From NCBI RefSeq assembly GCF_000002075.1, contig NW_004797684.1:381870-445869 (forward strand): DNA of 64,000 bases, read 5' to 3'. The DNA is from Aplysia californica. Its lineage: Eukaryota. Below, one piece after another: positions 27,004 through 40,000 of this stretch (its first letter is position 1; each line of letters starts with the position of its first letter). The notes under the pieces were generated by a model that searched no databases, had not been told where the DNA came from, and saw only the letters and a program-made list of their open reading frames with translations. The translations under genes and the position numbers were made by a program.

Positions 27004-27296
27004 CGCNNNNNNNNNNNNNNNNNNNNNNNNNNNNNNNNNNNNNNNNNNNNNNNNNNNNNNNNNNNNNNNNNNNNNNNNNNNNNNNNNNNNNNNNNNNNNN
27101 NNNNNNNNNNNNNNNNNNNNNNNNNNNNNNNNNNNNNNNNNNNNNNNNNNNNNNNAAAGTAAAATACCGCAGTCTTTAAGTTACACTGTTTTAAAACAAC
27201 CTAAAGTAATACGTGCTGGTTGGATTTTAACGGAAAAAAAATTAATACCAGCACACGCACACAGACTCGCAGAGCTCCAGGAAAAACAGCAGCTTT

Positions 27297-27710
27297 AAGT
27301 TCTTTTTAGTATTAGTAGAGTTTCTACGGCGCTCGTAACTGCATAAGATCATAGGAGCGCCAACGAGTGGATGAAAGGGAATCAGGCTTACTCTGCTCAC
27401 CTCTCTAGCTTCAATAGCACAAAGTCTGCTTCCACTATCAAGGCACCCCGAAAACAGCAGGTCACAAGAGTGTGACAAACATGCAAAAGGAGTAGAGGAA
27501 AATGACGGTAGTTAGGATTAAGAAAGAAAAAGCGGCAGTTCCCTGTTGCAGTTCAGGCGCAGTTATGAGCATGCCATTGATGAATCCGCCCATTTTTACG
27601 ATTAACAATTCTACTGTGATTAAGAACATGTTATTGTAAATCCCCCCCCCCCCCCCCCCCTTTGGGAATGGCGTAAAGACTCTTCAGTCAATAGCACCAC
27701 TCCAGGGGTG
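27297..27710 (-). mobile_element. Short retroposon family B copy
   Basis: TSD AAACAGCAGCTTT (27284-27296 / 27711-27723). Confidence 0.85.
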
Positions 27711-28157
27711 AAACAGCAGCTTTTTCTGAAGTATCAATATCATTTGAAAAAAATAATACGTTTGTATTTTGGACATTCAGTTGGGCACCTCTTTCCTTAT
27801 ATATGTCTGTCTGTCTGTCTGCTTTGTCTACCCCACCCCTTGTCTGCTATCTTTATTTTTTTTTCCCCTTTAACGACAAAGCGGGCAAAAAAATTGTCAA
27901 TCGAACAGACTGAGACTCGAGATAAATCTCAACAAAAACGCTCATAGTGGCGTTCAGAAAAGTACCCCGTATTCTACGATCACTTGCATTACAGAAGAAA
28001 ATGTTTAGAGGTCAACTCTTATAAATATCTAAGAGTTGAGTTTTCCACCAAATTTAGCTATAAAAATAATAGGCTACTTCATCCTTCATTTGGGAAGCAA
28101 AGTAAGTTTGTTAATATACCCTGAACATCTTCCTGACACTTGTTGATGCCAAAGTAT

Positions 28158-28315
28158 GTGGGTGGTTAGCGGAGAACCGTGATGTGGTTTATTCCTCATT
28201 TCCTATCATAATTAAGCGTTTACTCTCCTGTAAGCTTACTACCCACAATCTTCGGCACTTATATGGCTTAACTGTGTTGCAAATGCTGTGAAAACCTCAC
28301 TACAACGAACAAAAA
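28158..28315 (+). mobile_element. Short retroposon family A copy (diverged)
   Basis: Diverged consensus match. Confidence 0.65.
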
Positions 28316-28384
28316 CAATGGCCAGGATGTCAAAGCACATCCTATTTTGTCTTACGAGCCTGGGCTTAAGGAGATTTTAGGATA

Positions 28385-28750
28385 CGCCGGATATTGAGCA
28401 GGTTCATACCTTTTTCCTGACAAGGTTCCTGAATGTTTTAGCGCATTATTCGAACTCCGTTATAAATGCTAACACAAGAAAGTATCCGTTGCACCAGTCT
28501 CATAAACAAAGCTAAGAGGCCTGGAATAATGTTTCGTATGTGCCAGATATTGAGCAGGTTCATACGTTTTCCCCGAAAAAGAGTACCTTTTCCCTGAGAA
28601 GGTTCCTTGATGTTTTAGCTCTCATATCTTTTACCTGAAAAGGTTCCTGAACGTTTTTGCTCATTGTTAAAACACCGTTATAAACCCTGATACTGGAAAG
28701 CATCCTTTGCACATATCTAATAAACTAAGAAGCCTGCAATAATGTTTCGT
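28385..28750. repeat. Diverged tandem duplication (about 155-210 bp units)
   Basis: GATATTGAGCAGGTTCATAC and AATAATGTTTCGT each occur twice; AAGGTTCCT occurs three times. Confidence 0.8.
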
Positions 28751-29035
28751 TAACTGAAAATGCCACAGTACAACGACTTAGACAAAAGCGTGGACAACCC
28801 AGGGTATAGTTTGGTTGTACCAGGTAGTTGGAATCAATTTAATCTATGGGGGCTCATGATACTATGATGATGAAAAATCGTTTGATTGTTTAAAATAACA
28901 AAGAAACTTTCAAATATGTATGAATTAAAATGTGCCTATTTTTAATTATTACTAATTTAATCTCTGTACACTATTATTATTATGGTAAGGCGCTTCTTTG
29001 TCGCTCGCAGAAAACTCAAAATCGATTCCCAAAAC

Positions 29036-29220
29036 GAGTGGTTGGCGGGTGCTCTGGTGTGGTTTGCCCTTTCTTTCCTATCAAACATCTGTCGTCGTCC
29101 TTATCTCTCCTTCGTCTTTCTTTGTGTTTGTTACTCTCTTGTAACACCTCCAATCTTCAGCCTTTATATGACCTTATTGTGTTGCAAGTGCCGTCGTAAA
29201 ACTCTTACTAAAACTTTAAA
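29036..29220 (+). mobile_element. Short retroposon family A copy
   Basis: Consensus match. Confidence 0.8.
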
Positions 29221-30059
29221 AAAGGAAGGTTTTTGTTTTTTTAAATCGAGTATCTCGGTCTTTCTGCCTGCCTCCTAACTAATCTAAACTGTGTCGGCGG
29301 GGCGTAAAATAGTAACATTTAGAAGAAATTTCTCATTAAAATCTTTGGTAGGCTACAAATTCTACAATCAGAATGTTTTCTTTACGACGGTGCATTTGGG
29401 AGGTCTTTCAGGAACGTGCGTGCGTGCCTGCNNNNNNNNNNNNNNNNNNNNNNNNNNNNNNNNNNNNNNNNNNNNNNNNNNNNNNNNNNNNNNNNNNNNN
29501 NNNNNNNNNNNNNNNNNNNNNNNNNNNNNNNNNNNNNNNNNNNNNNNNNNNNNNNNNNNNNNNNNNNNNNNNNNNNNNNNNNNNNNNNNNNNNNNNNNNN
29601 NNNNNNNNNNNNNNNNNNNNNNNNNNNNNNNNNNNNNNNNNNNNNNNNNNNNNNNNNNNNNNNNNNNNNNNNNNNNNNNNNNNNNNNNNNNNNNNNNNNN
29701 NNNNNNNNNNNNNNNNNNNNNNNNNNNNAAACAGAAAGATAGAAGGCCTAAAGAAGTTAGAGAAATGGATTTTTGGAAATTAAATTATATATTTTTAAAA
29801 TCCACATTGGCCATATTGTACATGGTCAGTGGAGACTTTATTGAGCATTTGAAAATATTGATTTTAGGTAGGCCACTACTGGCTTTAATTGTCCTTTGCA
29901 AACAAAATCGCACTCTTGTGTTGCTTCCACCAAACGATTGCTTGTGAAGATGTGAAATGAAGGAGCTGTCTCGTGTGAAATCAAAAGAAGAAAAGGAAAG
30001 CAACCGATATCGTTAAAATAAAACATCCCTTTTTTTAAAGTAGCGCCCCTTGACAAAAG

Positions 30060-30172
30060 CCACTCTTTTTCTGTGCATAAATTCAACATGGCGGCTTACG
30101 TTCATGGCATCGAAGATGCATGACAAGTAATAATGTTCTTCAACGATATTACGATTTTAGGAGTTTAGTAAG
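30060..30172 (+). promoter_or_regulatory. Candidate YLPM1 core promoter / non-coding first exon
   Basis: Pyrimidine-rich initiator-like CTCTTTTTCT (about 30063), YY1-type AACATGGCGGC (30085-30095), donor AAG|gtatgg at 30173. Confidence 0.45.
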
Positions 30173-32396
30173 GTATGGCTTTGACTGTGGATTGTTTAAT
30201 TTGATTTGATTCTCAGGAAAGCATGTTTATTCTTTGATAACCACGTTCAGCGGAAGGAGTTCCTCAGAGGGCCGGCCGACCGACCAACACAGCCAACAAT
30301 CCAACCACACACACAAGTGACAAAAGAAAAGAGGGGATATTTTGAGCGGGGTAGACTAGATTTCTATACCCTAAAACCTCAACCTTAACCCTAACACTAA
30401 CCCTACCTAACTCTTGTATAGATTGCTCAGTGGACCTTGTCACAGTAAGTGCCGGCTCTTTGCGGAACTCCTCCCCAGCCCCATGGCCATGCAGCAGTGC
30501 TCTGTACGGCGTAACATATATAGGCTACACACTACACCTTAATATACAGTACAGTCCTTACAACACAGTCGTGTTGTATTCATCACTCAGTCACACCATG
30601 GATCATAGCCATAGTTATAGTATAGACCTAAAAGCATTTCATATTAGTAGGTAGGCAGCTCACCTGCCCCCCGCCCCGCTCTCCTGTTTTATAGATCTAT
30701 AGTCTAGGCCTACCGCTAGATTATTGCCAATTACGAGAATGGACACCTGTACTGTAACATAGACTAGATTTAGATCTAGATATCTAGTATTTGTGCCTTT
30801 ACTACCGCCGCCAACTGTCTTACTTACTGATCTAGATCTAGATTCTAGATCCAGGGTCCTCATTCATGAAACTTTTTAAAATGTTAAATTTGCTCCGCTG
30901 TACTGCCAGTGAATTGGTCACTAGAGGCCAGACACACACACATGGCGCATAGCACCCATGCTTGGCTGCTTGATATAAATAAAATCTCTTGCCCCACACA
31001 CGTCTCTGCAAGCTCTGCCTATTTTTGTTCGGGGCCACCTCTATTCTCACCCCGGGTGAGAATAGCGCAGGCGAGTCTTTTGGCTATTCTCACCGGGTGG
31101 GCGTTCACCGTTATAGCCTAGGCCAACCAGTGAAGCGTTCACCCTGAACCACAAAATTCTACAATGTGATAACAGAATTATAGAATTCTGAGCTGTGAAC
31201 AAACGTTCTAGAAGATCTATTACTAGAGATCTAGATCTAGATCTACTGTTAGTGTTAGCTTTTTTAAAAGCGTACAATTTTGTCTGTGGGCAGTGGAGAG
31301 AGAGAAAGAGAGAGAGAGTTGTAGACAACCAAATTAATTTAGTTTTCTTGTTTAAAATCATTTTTTAACTTTGTTTAGGTCAATTTGATCGTCCACACCG
31401 ATAGACAGTATTCAGAAAGAGACAGAGAGAGAGAGAGGGGGGGGAGGAGTAGTTCTTTGTGAGAACTTCCGGGCAAAACAAAATGGCAACCCGCGTAGTT
31501 CGGCTCGATTCGAAAAATGAAATAGCCATAGCATCTTTGAAGACGATCAAATTAGCTTACTTTTGTGCTATAACGCAATGTTTTCTTGGCTTTTATCAAT
31601 TTGATCATCCACACCGATAGACAGTATTCCAAAATGAGGAAAAACAGGTCTTGTTTCACTCCGGGTGAGAATAGCCTACGCTGGCAAGTCTCACCCGGGG
31701 TGAGAGGTAGATCGTATTTTTATTCTCACCCCAGGTGAGAATAGCCACTTCCTTTGTTCGGACACTATCATGTGGAGCCTCAGCCCTGGCCCCCCTAGGG
31801 TCATTTCCGGTAGAGCCTAGTGCAATCAAATATTTGTGATGGAACTTATTCTTAAATATCTCTTTAACGGGCGAATCTATATAGATCTATATGTATAGCA
31901 ATACCATACACCCCGCGCTGGCAGTGCGAAAATGCGGTAGACTCGCCCGAGCTTGGGGTAACCCCGGGAACACGCTTATTTATAGCATTGTTCTTTGCGT
32001 CAGCCCCATGTATCATACATCAATACACACTGGAGAAATTGAGGCATTCACTGGAAAAAAAATTTTCCCGGTATCTTAGGGGACAGCAGAGATATTATCG
32101 AAGAAAGAGGATTGGTCGGTAGCGAGACCGAAACTCGCCGAATGGCACTGTGATTTTCCCACTCTCCGTATTCGCGAAATCCATCTAAATACTAACCAAA
32201 CGTCTCCAAACTCGGCAACCAATGAGAAGAAAGATGGATCTAGCCTCCGTGGATTTCCGTGTCTTAATTGAGCTAAAAACAAGAAAGTTACTGAGTGGTT
32301 TCTTTGAGGAGATTATTTACAAAATGTGTCGTCGATTAATCAGCACAATGCTCCTGCATCATCTCAGACACGCTGAACTATATAATGATAATAATA

Positions 32397-33029
32397 CAGT
32401 CGAACCTGTCTTAACGGAATCTCCCGGCTCCCCCCTTGATATATATATATTCCTCTTTAATTACTTGTGTAAAACGGAAACCTGTCCAACGCGGAAAGGG
32501 AGAGAAAAATCTGCTCCCTTCCGAGGGTTTCACCTGTCTAAGACGGAAAATGCTTTGCCCGCTCAGCCCTGATTTAAAACAAAAGTCGCAAGTTTGGTTC
32601 CGCCGGCTCTAAGCTTAACACTATGGCCATGCCGCTGGGTGAGGAAAGGGAGTAGGGGTGCAATTTGGGGGTAGATGTTACTCCATCATGTGAGCCCTGA
32701 GCGATGCAGATGGTCAGGATAGTGTGGGTGGGAAATCTCACGACTGCCCATGAGAGTGCTCGAGTAGTGAGCCACTACTGAAACTTTCCTGGGTAGACAA
32801 AAGCCAGAGGTGTGAAATTAGATTGACCAATGCCTGCCGCTCTGATCGTACGGCCAGCCGAGAAAAGAGTTCCGGGAATCATTGTTACATGATGGCAGTG
32901 AGGGGTGGCATTGATCCCACCTCCTGGGCTTTGAACCCCCTCCCCCCTCCATCTCCCCCTATATTACCCTGTCTAAGACGGAATTTTTGTCTGGCTTCCT
33001 TGCGATTCCGTCTTATGCAGGTTCGACTG
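32397..33029. mobile_element. Tc1/mariner-pogo (Tigger-like) MITE
   Basis: TA|CAGTCGAACCTG ... CAGGTTCGACTG|TA; internal AAGACGGAA subterminal repeats. Confidence 0.85.
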
Positions 33030-33685
33030 TATATAATATGTGCACGGGAGCTTGAACGGACACATGTCCAATTACACTCTGGAGCTTGCTTGGACTCGTG
33101 TTCCAATAGATGCAGCTGTATACCGATGCAGCCATTTCTAGCGCTTGTCAATCTTTTTCATTGCATTGATTTTGAAATTATAATTTGAGGGCTCTGGCCA
33201 ATATTAACTGAAAAAAAAGAGTTGAAATGAAATTTTATAAAGTTGCCCGGAGAAACTTCAAAGGAAATGTGCCAACTTGGCCTGCTCTCAAAATATCTGG
33301 TGTCGTCAGGTATCAGCACAATCACAATGACCGAAAGGCTGGCGGGTGCCCATAAGTTTTAAAAATATTTTAAGGACTCACGCTCAAATCTATAGAATAG
33401 ATCTAAGGCGGTGCGAGGACTGACAATGGCATTATAGTACAATGTGTTGGGTTAAAAAAACCCATCATTTTTGTAGAGTCCTTGAAACATAGAGCCAAAC
33501 TTCTGTTCCTATCTTTGTTCAACTTTGAAGTTACTAAGATCAGCTATGGTGGTGCGTTGTAATTAGTTAATGCTACATGTTTTAGCTGCACATGGCAATC
33601 AGGCTAGACAGAGATCTAGATAAGGCAATGTCTCAAATCACTACCTCTGTCTACCACTAGTCAAGATGGCAATTGGTGGTATCCT

Positions 33686-34776
33686 GTTATACGGCCAGCC
33701 CTGCTGTACGGCCAACTTTACGCTCGTCCCAAAGCAAGGAAAACGCGGGATCTGATCTTTGGATCTTTCGCGAACCGGGATCTTAGCCGAATTTCCAGAG
33801 GGAAGAATCCACAGTAACTCATGGTGAGGCCCAACATCAATACAATGATCTCCCCTTACTTTAATATGAACAGACATGACTCCTGGGCACTAAAAGTTCC
33901 TTTCAGGAGTAAATGTTGCCCTTTCCTTTGTTTGGGAGAAGAGTGTGGGGCTTTTAAAAAAAAATACTGTGTCAGGTGGGAACCAGTTGGCTTCAGGCAA
34001 CGCCCCCCCCAAAAAAAAATTTAAAAAAAAATTGTGTTCCAACTCTGACGGAGTTCCCCGCCAATGTCATGATGCATCATAAATTGTTGTGTTGCGACCA
34101 CACCGAATAATAATAAAAAAAAAAAATGAAAGGCAGGTTAACTGCCACCTGCCAATAGATGACCTCATTATGCAAAGTGCACTGTCCACAAGTATTGGCA
34201 CCAGTCTGTCTAGGAAGTTCGAGCGCAAAACTGAAAGACGAGAGCAATGGTCGGGGAAACGTAAGTTCCATGAGTTAACAATTTGATGGAATGCAGTCTG
34301 ATGCTTGCTTGTAGGCCCTCCCCACTTAGTGTGTGATGTAAGATCAGGCGGACGGCGCAGATGATCGTGGAAAGCAACATGTCGACGAGTTCACACCTTG
34401 GTGCGATCCCATCTGGGGCAAACATTGTAACCACTTATCGAGATTTACAACATAGATGTGATTGTGTTCACGAGAATGGATGATCCGTGACGCGACCGAC
34501 TATACAGTGTTTGCATATTTTTGCTACTTGGTTGATCAGCTGAGCGCACCCAGGCTTCTATTCTTTTTTTTTATCTTAAAAAAAAAAAATTAAAAAAACC
34601 CCTAAATTATGACCTGAAAAGCAAGATCTTAGCCAAATGTAGCTCCTTCAGTGCGGGTCAGAGCGGGATCTTACAGGTGACTTTATATATAGTTAAAATT
34701 ATATTTTTCTGAAATAGTGGGATCTTAGGCAAACTGGGACCATTTAAGCGGTTGGGATCTTAGGCGGAGATTACTG
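33686..34776. mobile_element. Degenerate pogo-like element (right end clear, left end uncertain)
   Basis: Repeated GGGATCTTAG motifs; ends GATTACTG|TA. Confidence 0.45.
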
Positions 34777-35195
34777 TACTGAGTTAGAATTGAGGCAGAG
34801 TGCTGAAGTGACTAGTCTGTTCTTATAAGTACAGGATTTATGTTGTTGTTACTGTGTATTGAAGATGCTTGTAATGGAATTTATGGGCTGGGAGTTGGGA
34901 AATTAGAAGTGGTCTTCAATGTTTATGTTGTGTCCTGGTTCCAGATCTTTTCTTTGTGGACATTTTTGCTTTCACTCTCACATGCAGAGATGCCCTGCTT
35001 TTGCCTTTTGGGGGGGCTAAACCCCCATGGATATTTTTGGTTACAGAACACATAGCACATATGGTCACTAAAACCACCTCTCATCATGTCTATTGTTTAC
35101 AAGAAAATATAAAATCTGATTGCAAGAACATCAAAAAAGGGAAAAACAGAAATCCCCAGGTTAAAAAAAACATGCAAAATATGGAAGTACTTCTG

Positions 35196-35358
35196 TAACA
35201 CCTTTCTTGTTCAAGTTTCTGTTTTTCACAAATTTATACTTATATCCATCGCAAATTACTAGATTACAAAAACCATAAAACTTTTCAAAATCTAGTATTA
35301 GCATTTTGCCACGGATGTAAATTTGTGTAAAACATAAAACTGAACAAGAAAGGTGCTA
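35196..35358. mobile_element. Fold-back MITE
   Basis: CACCTTTCTTGTTCA ... TGAACAAGAAAGGTG, with near-palindromic arms throughout. Confidence 0.75.
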
Positions 35359-36692
35359 TTATTTATGCATTGTTTGTGTGAAAGAAGGCTTCTGATGGGA
35401 GGTACAAGATTTATGCAACAGGCTAGGCTTGGTCCGGGGTGCAAGTATGATCAATGGTCTCTTGGAATAGAAAAGATTAGGTTCATTGCCACTTCATTGA
35501 ATCTGAGTTCGCTTATATAATGTGTTCCTCAAATTCGAGTTATTTTGTTGATTTTAATTGATACAAAAATGTCTCCTTTTTGTTGAATCTGAGTTTGTTG
35601 AATCCGAGTTCAACTGTATTCATATTTTACAGTTCCTTCAAAATTAGAGATTTTGTGATTTGTTTATTTTCGTCATTTCAGATGCCGAAGTTTTCATTAG
35701 TTTTCTGGTAAAATTCTGTTAAAAGTGGTGTATAAATTATTAAAATCTGGTATGGTGCACGTCTGATAATCGATAATTCACTTGGTTGCCAAAATCAGCT
35801 GATTTGAGGATGCACACTTGATGCAAGTGAATCTAGGTTTAATCACTGCTTGTGCTGTTGATTTGGAAATCATGTATGGAGGGCATGATCCGATTTGAAA
35901 CTTCAATCCTGACATAGGCTTTTTACTACCAGTGTGAGTCTCCTCCCTGTACATATACCCCTTCCTATAAGTCTATGGACTCTCACTGTCTATTGTACTT
36001 CAATCACAGCTACCAACTGGGAGTTTATTGGTTATAGGATAGTTAAAACAGACATTCAATCCTACACTTTTTGCTCATCTGAGCATCCAGACCTGTTTCT
36101 AATTAATATGTCTTTTGTCCCACTTTGCTGGGTGGATGTGGATTTTTTAAAGAGCATAAAATTATCAGTATCTAATAGAAGAGCTGGCAGTGTAATGAAC
36201 TATAATGGGGTTTCAGTGTCTTCTCTGTTAAATAGTACTGCTACCTTACACAAACGTTAAGGAAAATGATTCTGCTATGGCTAGATTTCGGATAATATTA
36301 TTAAGTGTTATTTCCCTTTGTCCAAAATTTGATGAAGTGTCCTTCAGGCTTTCCAATGTGACGATCGCTAGTCATGTGGGATAAGAAATTAGAAAAAGAG
36401 ATTACCACCGTGCAGCTGCTGAGTGGGTGCCATGTGTAGTATTTTCTGCCTCTCCAATTCACTGATGTGTTGTCGGGCAAATTTACAGGACTAGTTTAGT
36501 TTCAGGCAGTCGAGGTATGGTGGTTTAAAGTTTGAATTAAAGGGGGAAACAGTGTTTATATAGGTGACCCTTTTGTGCCTTGACTTTCCTGGCGGTATAA
36601 TGGGGGTGGGTGTAATGGAGTTTGACTGTAGTTCTCTGTGCTTAACCATGTATTCTTTTGATGGCCTTGCAGATATAACTACCGAACACAGA

Positions 36693-37088
36693 ATGTTTAA
36701 TTGGAATCCCCAAATGAGAGGGGCTGGCTTCCCCATGCCACCCCAGCAGATGATGCATGTCGCCCAAGGGCAAATGGCACTAGGGCAGCAGGTACCGTTT
36801 CAACAACAACAGCAACAAGCGCAGCAGCAACAACAACAACAGCAGCAGCAGCAGCATTGGCAATTTGCCAACATGGGTATGATGATGGGCCACCAGTGGC
36901 CACAGCAGCAGCATAACCAGGCCATGTTTCCTCAAGGCATGATGCAACAACACCATCCGGGAATGCATGGAGCTGCGGCCATGATGGTTCACGGACATCC
37001 GGTTCCGCCCACCCACCCACCCCCTGAGGAAAAACCACCGCTGCCTGCAGAACCCCCTCCTCCGCTTCCTAGCACACCAGCAGACCAG
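36693..37088 (+). CDS. YLPM1: YLPM1-like first coding exon (Q/M/P-rich)
   Basis: Acceptor ttgcag| at 36672; ATG at 36693; polyQ; ends at GC donor CAG|gcaaga in phase 0. Confidence 0.75.
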
Positions 37089-40000
37089 GCAAGACACAGA
37101 TATTTGCTCCAGTTTAAAAAAAATTTAATTAGTTAGTTGCAAAAGGGCCATTCCATGAAAAATGAAACAGCAGTGACACACATGATGTGGAGATGATGAC
37201 CCGCTAAAAACAATTTTAAACAGTGATGGAGCAGAGTTTTATTTGGTACTTTTTTGGTTCTATTTTTGGTTTTTTTGTTTGTTAGAGGAAGGTTGCCTGT
37301 CTCTCCCCCCCCCCAAAGAAAAAGAATGGCTCTATGATGACTGCTTCGAATTTTTCAGCAGTTACCATGTGTGTCACTGCGATTTCATTTTTTATGGAAT
37401 GTTTCAAAAGCTTTCACCAGAGACCTAAAGGAAACTAAAAGTGTTTGATACTGTAGAGATGCATGGTCGTAGGGCTCTCAAGTTTTTGTTTTTTTCTTTG
37501 GTATATTTATCTACCTTATATGATTGATAAATGTAATGTAAATGGAGCTTCAATTTTTCTGCAGCATTTTTAAGTCTTGCAGGCACGTAGCGATATTGGT
37601 GGGGCGTGAAAATATTTTCAATATATGTAAGAGTTTCACTGTGTACTTGATTTGAATACAAAGAATAATTGTGTAAAAGAAAAAGTTTGGGACCTGAAGA
37701 TTTATTCGCTATGTCCATGTTTCACTTTGTTCTTGCTAGATTGTAATATAATAAGATCTATATATAATGTGTACTGTCTTATGAAGCTGTGTAGATGGTC
37801 ACACTTTTTAAGCACTTGAAGAAGTTTTGTGGCCTTTATTATTTATTTGCATGATTTTTGTTTCTGTGTGCCACCTGTGTGCTTTGTCTGCTGTGATCTT
37901 ACTGTGTTTCCTTTTTGTGCTACTGGCAGCCCCGGCCACCATTACCAGAGGAGCAACCAAAACCTCCATTGCCTCAGGAACATGCGGGACAAGTGAGCGT
38001 CAATTTGTACATGAGTAGTTATTGCAGCTTGGGGTTTGTTTCGTTTTGATATCAAAAGTGATGTTTAGGCATTCTGTTTTGTGTATTGTTTTGTCTGACT
38101 GAATAGCTGTAAAGGAGAGACATTAGTCTGACAAGTACCAATATTCTATTTCAAGTCCAGAGTTTATTAGTTGTAAGACGAAGCTAAACGAGACGTGTTT
38201 CCATTTTTCATGAAAATACATGGTAGAGGAGGAATTTGAAAAGTGAAGGGAAAAGCCACTAGCAGCAAAGCGAGGATAAATGTTTTTCCACATAGTGAAT
38301 TCTTACCAAAATGTCAGAATTCTTGGTTGTTAATTTTAGTGAATCTATGTCTATAATTTGTGTAAGGAATCTCCACCTCATAGTTAACTCCTTGGCTTAT
38401 AGTTGGAGCGGACAATTGAAAAGTTCACCGAGCTCTTTTACAGCGCAGTGTAGGTGAACGAATGTAAGGGAAGTGATATATAAGGCATCATGGTGAAATC
38501 AGGCGCTTGTTGAAATAATAAGATGGAAGAAATTGTCATTTCTCAGTTTGGAAATTTTTTCCTAATTTTTGTTTTGTTTTGCTCAACACTTTATATGTCA
38601 ATTTAGAAACACTGTTATGTGTGGATTTTATGGAAAGACGTTGATTAAAGGCACGAAAAATGTAAATTTGCAGTTTCCAAGGACTCTTGAGCTATGTGAA
38701 TCACCTAACTTTGTGGCCATTTTCTCGCTAATTTGACTTCTGAAATGACACGACCCCCACCTCTTTCAGTCGCAAATATTTCGACTTCTATTCAAGATGA
38801 ATAAATATTTTTTTACTTTGAAAGCAAGGCAAATGAACAACCTTTAAGATGATACCAATAACTCCATTTATGCCCCAAAATTGACGAGTGCCTGATTCCA
38901 CCGTGTCATCACACATATGGATTTCTTAGGTAGAGGGATAAGAGGAATGGATGGAAATGTCTTACTCGTCTTTCTACACAGCAGAACATCAGGCCAGGGT
39001 TTGGGCCTGGCATGGTGAGGGGTCCCTATCCTGGTGGTCAAGCCCCACCGGGAGGTCCCAGCCAGCCTGTCCCACCGTCTGAACCGGCGCCTCGACAGCC
39101 AGCTCCCCCGCCAGAACCTTCAGCACCACAGCCTCCGGTTGTAGAGGAACCACCTCCACCAGGTGGGTCAGGTCTTGGGTTGTTTTGTATTATTGCGATG
39201 TTGTAAAATCTTTTTTGCCACTGGCTGAAGACGGTTTTTGTTAGTGTTACGGCGCTGGGAAAAAACCTGTACATGCTTGAAGTTTTATGATTTGGTACTG
39301 ATTTGGGTTTTGCTATTAATATTTGTTCTCCATGGTGTATGATATGACAGGCTGTCAATTATTGTGACCTATCGAAACCCAGTGATTAATTATGAAAAAA
39401 GCTGTTTTTCATATCAGTAATGAGTCTATTATTTTATTGACAGATCCGGAGCTGGTAGCTGAAATGGAGAAGGTGTGTGAAGAAGAACGCTTGTTTATGG
39501 AGCAATACCGCCAGTGGAAACAGCAGTATGATGACTGGCGTGAACAGAACCAGAGTGAGTGTCTGGCTACTCTGGGTTGTTTTGTCATAAAATTGCTTTT
39601 GCGTTTGATTGTGGGGAAAACATTTGGATGAATTCATGTAATGCTGCTCAGACAGAGGTTGGTTGGAAAATGTCACTGGAAGGTTCTATTTTTCTTTCTC
39701 CTCTATTGTGTATGTCTGATCGTCTTACTTTTCCCCTGCACTAAATGACCATTATTTTGGTGGGAAGAGGAAAGGGGGAGGGGGAGGGTGAACCTTTCAT
39801 TCATAAATTTGATTTATTTGGAGATTTATTGTGGCTCTTTGCCCTCTTAGTTCAGTCCTATTGGTGATGGATATGAAAGTAGTAGGGGGTACCATCTCTG
39901 AAAGAAACTTCCAATTTTGAAATGAGTTTAAACCAATTCTTTACTTTAAAAATTCTTTCGCTTCCACAGACCACCCGAACAAAGAGCAGTTTGAGCAGTA

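Noticed and set aside
30369-30411. True telomeric or interstitial telomere array
   Set aside because: Short and degenerate, and embedded between inverted repeats typical of a transposon.
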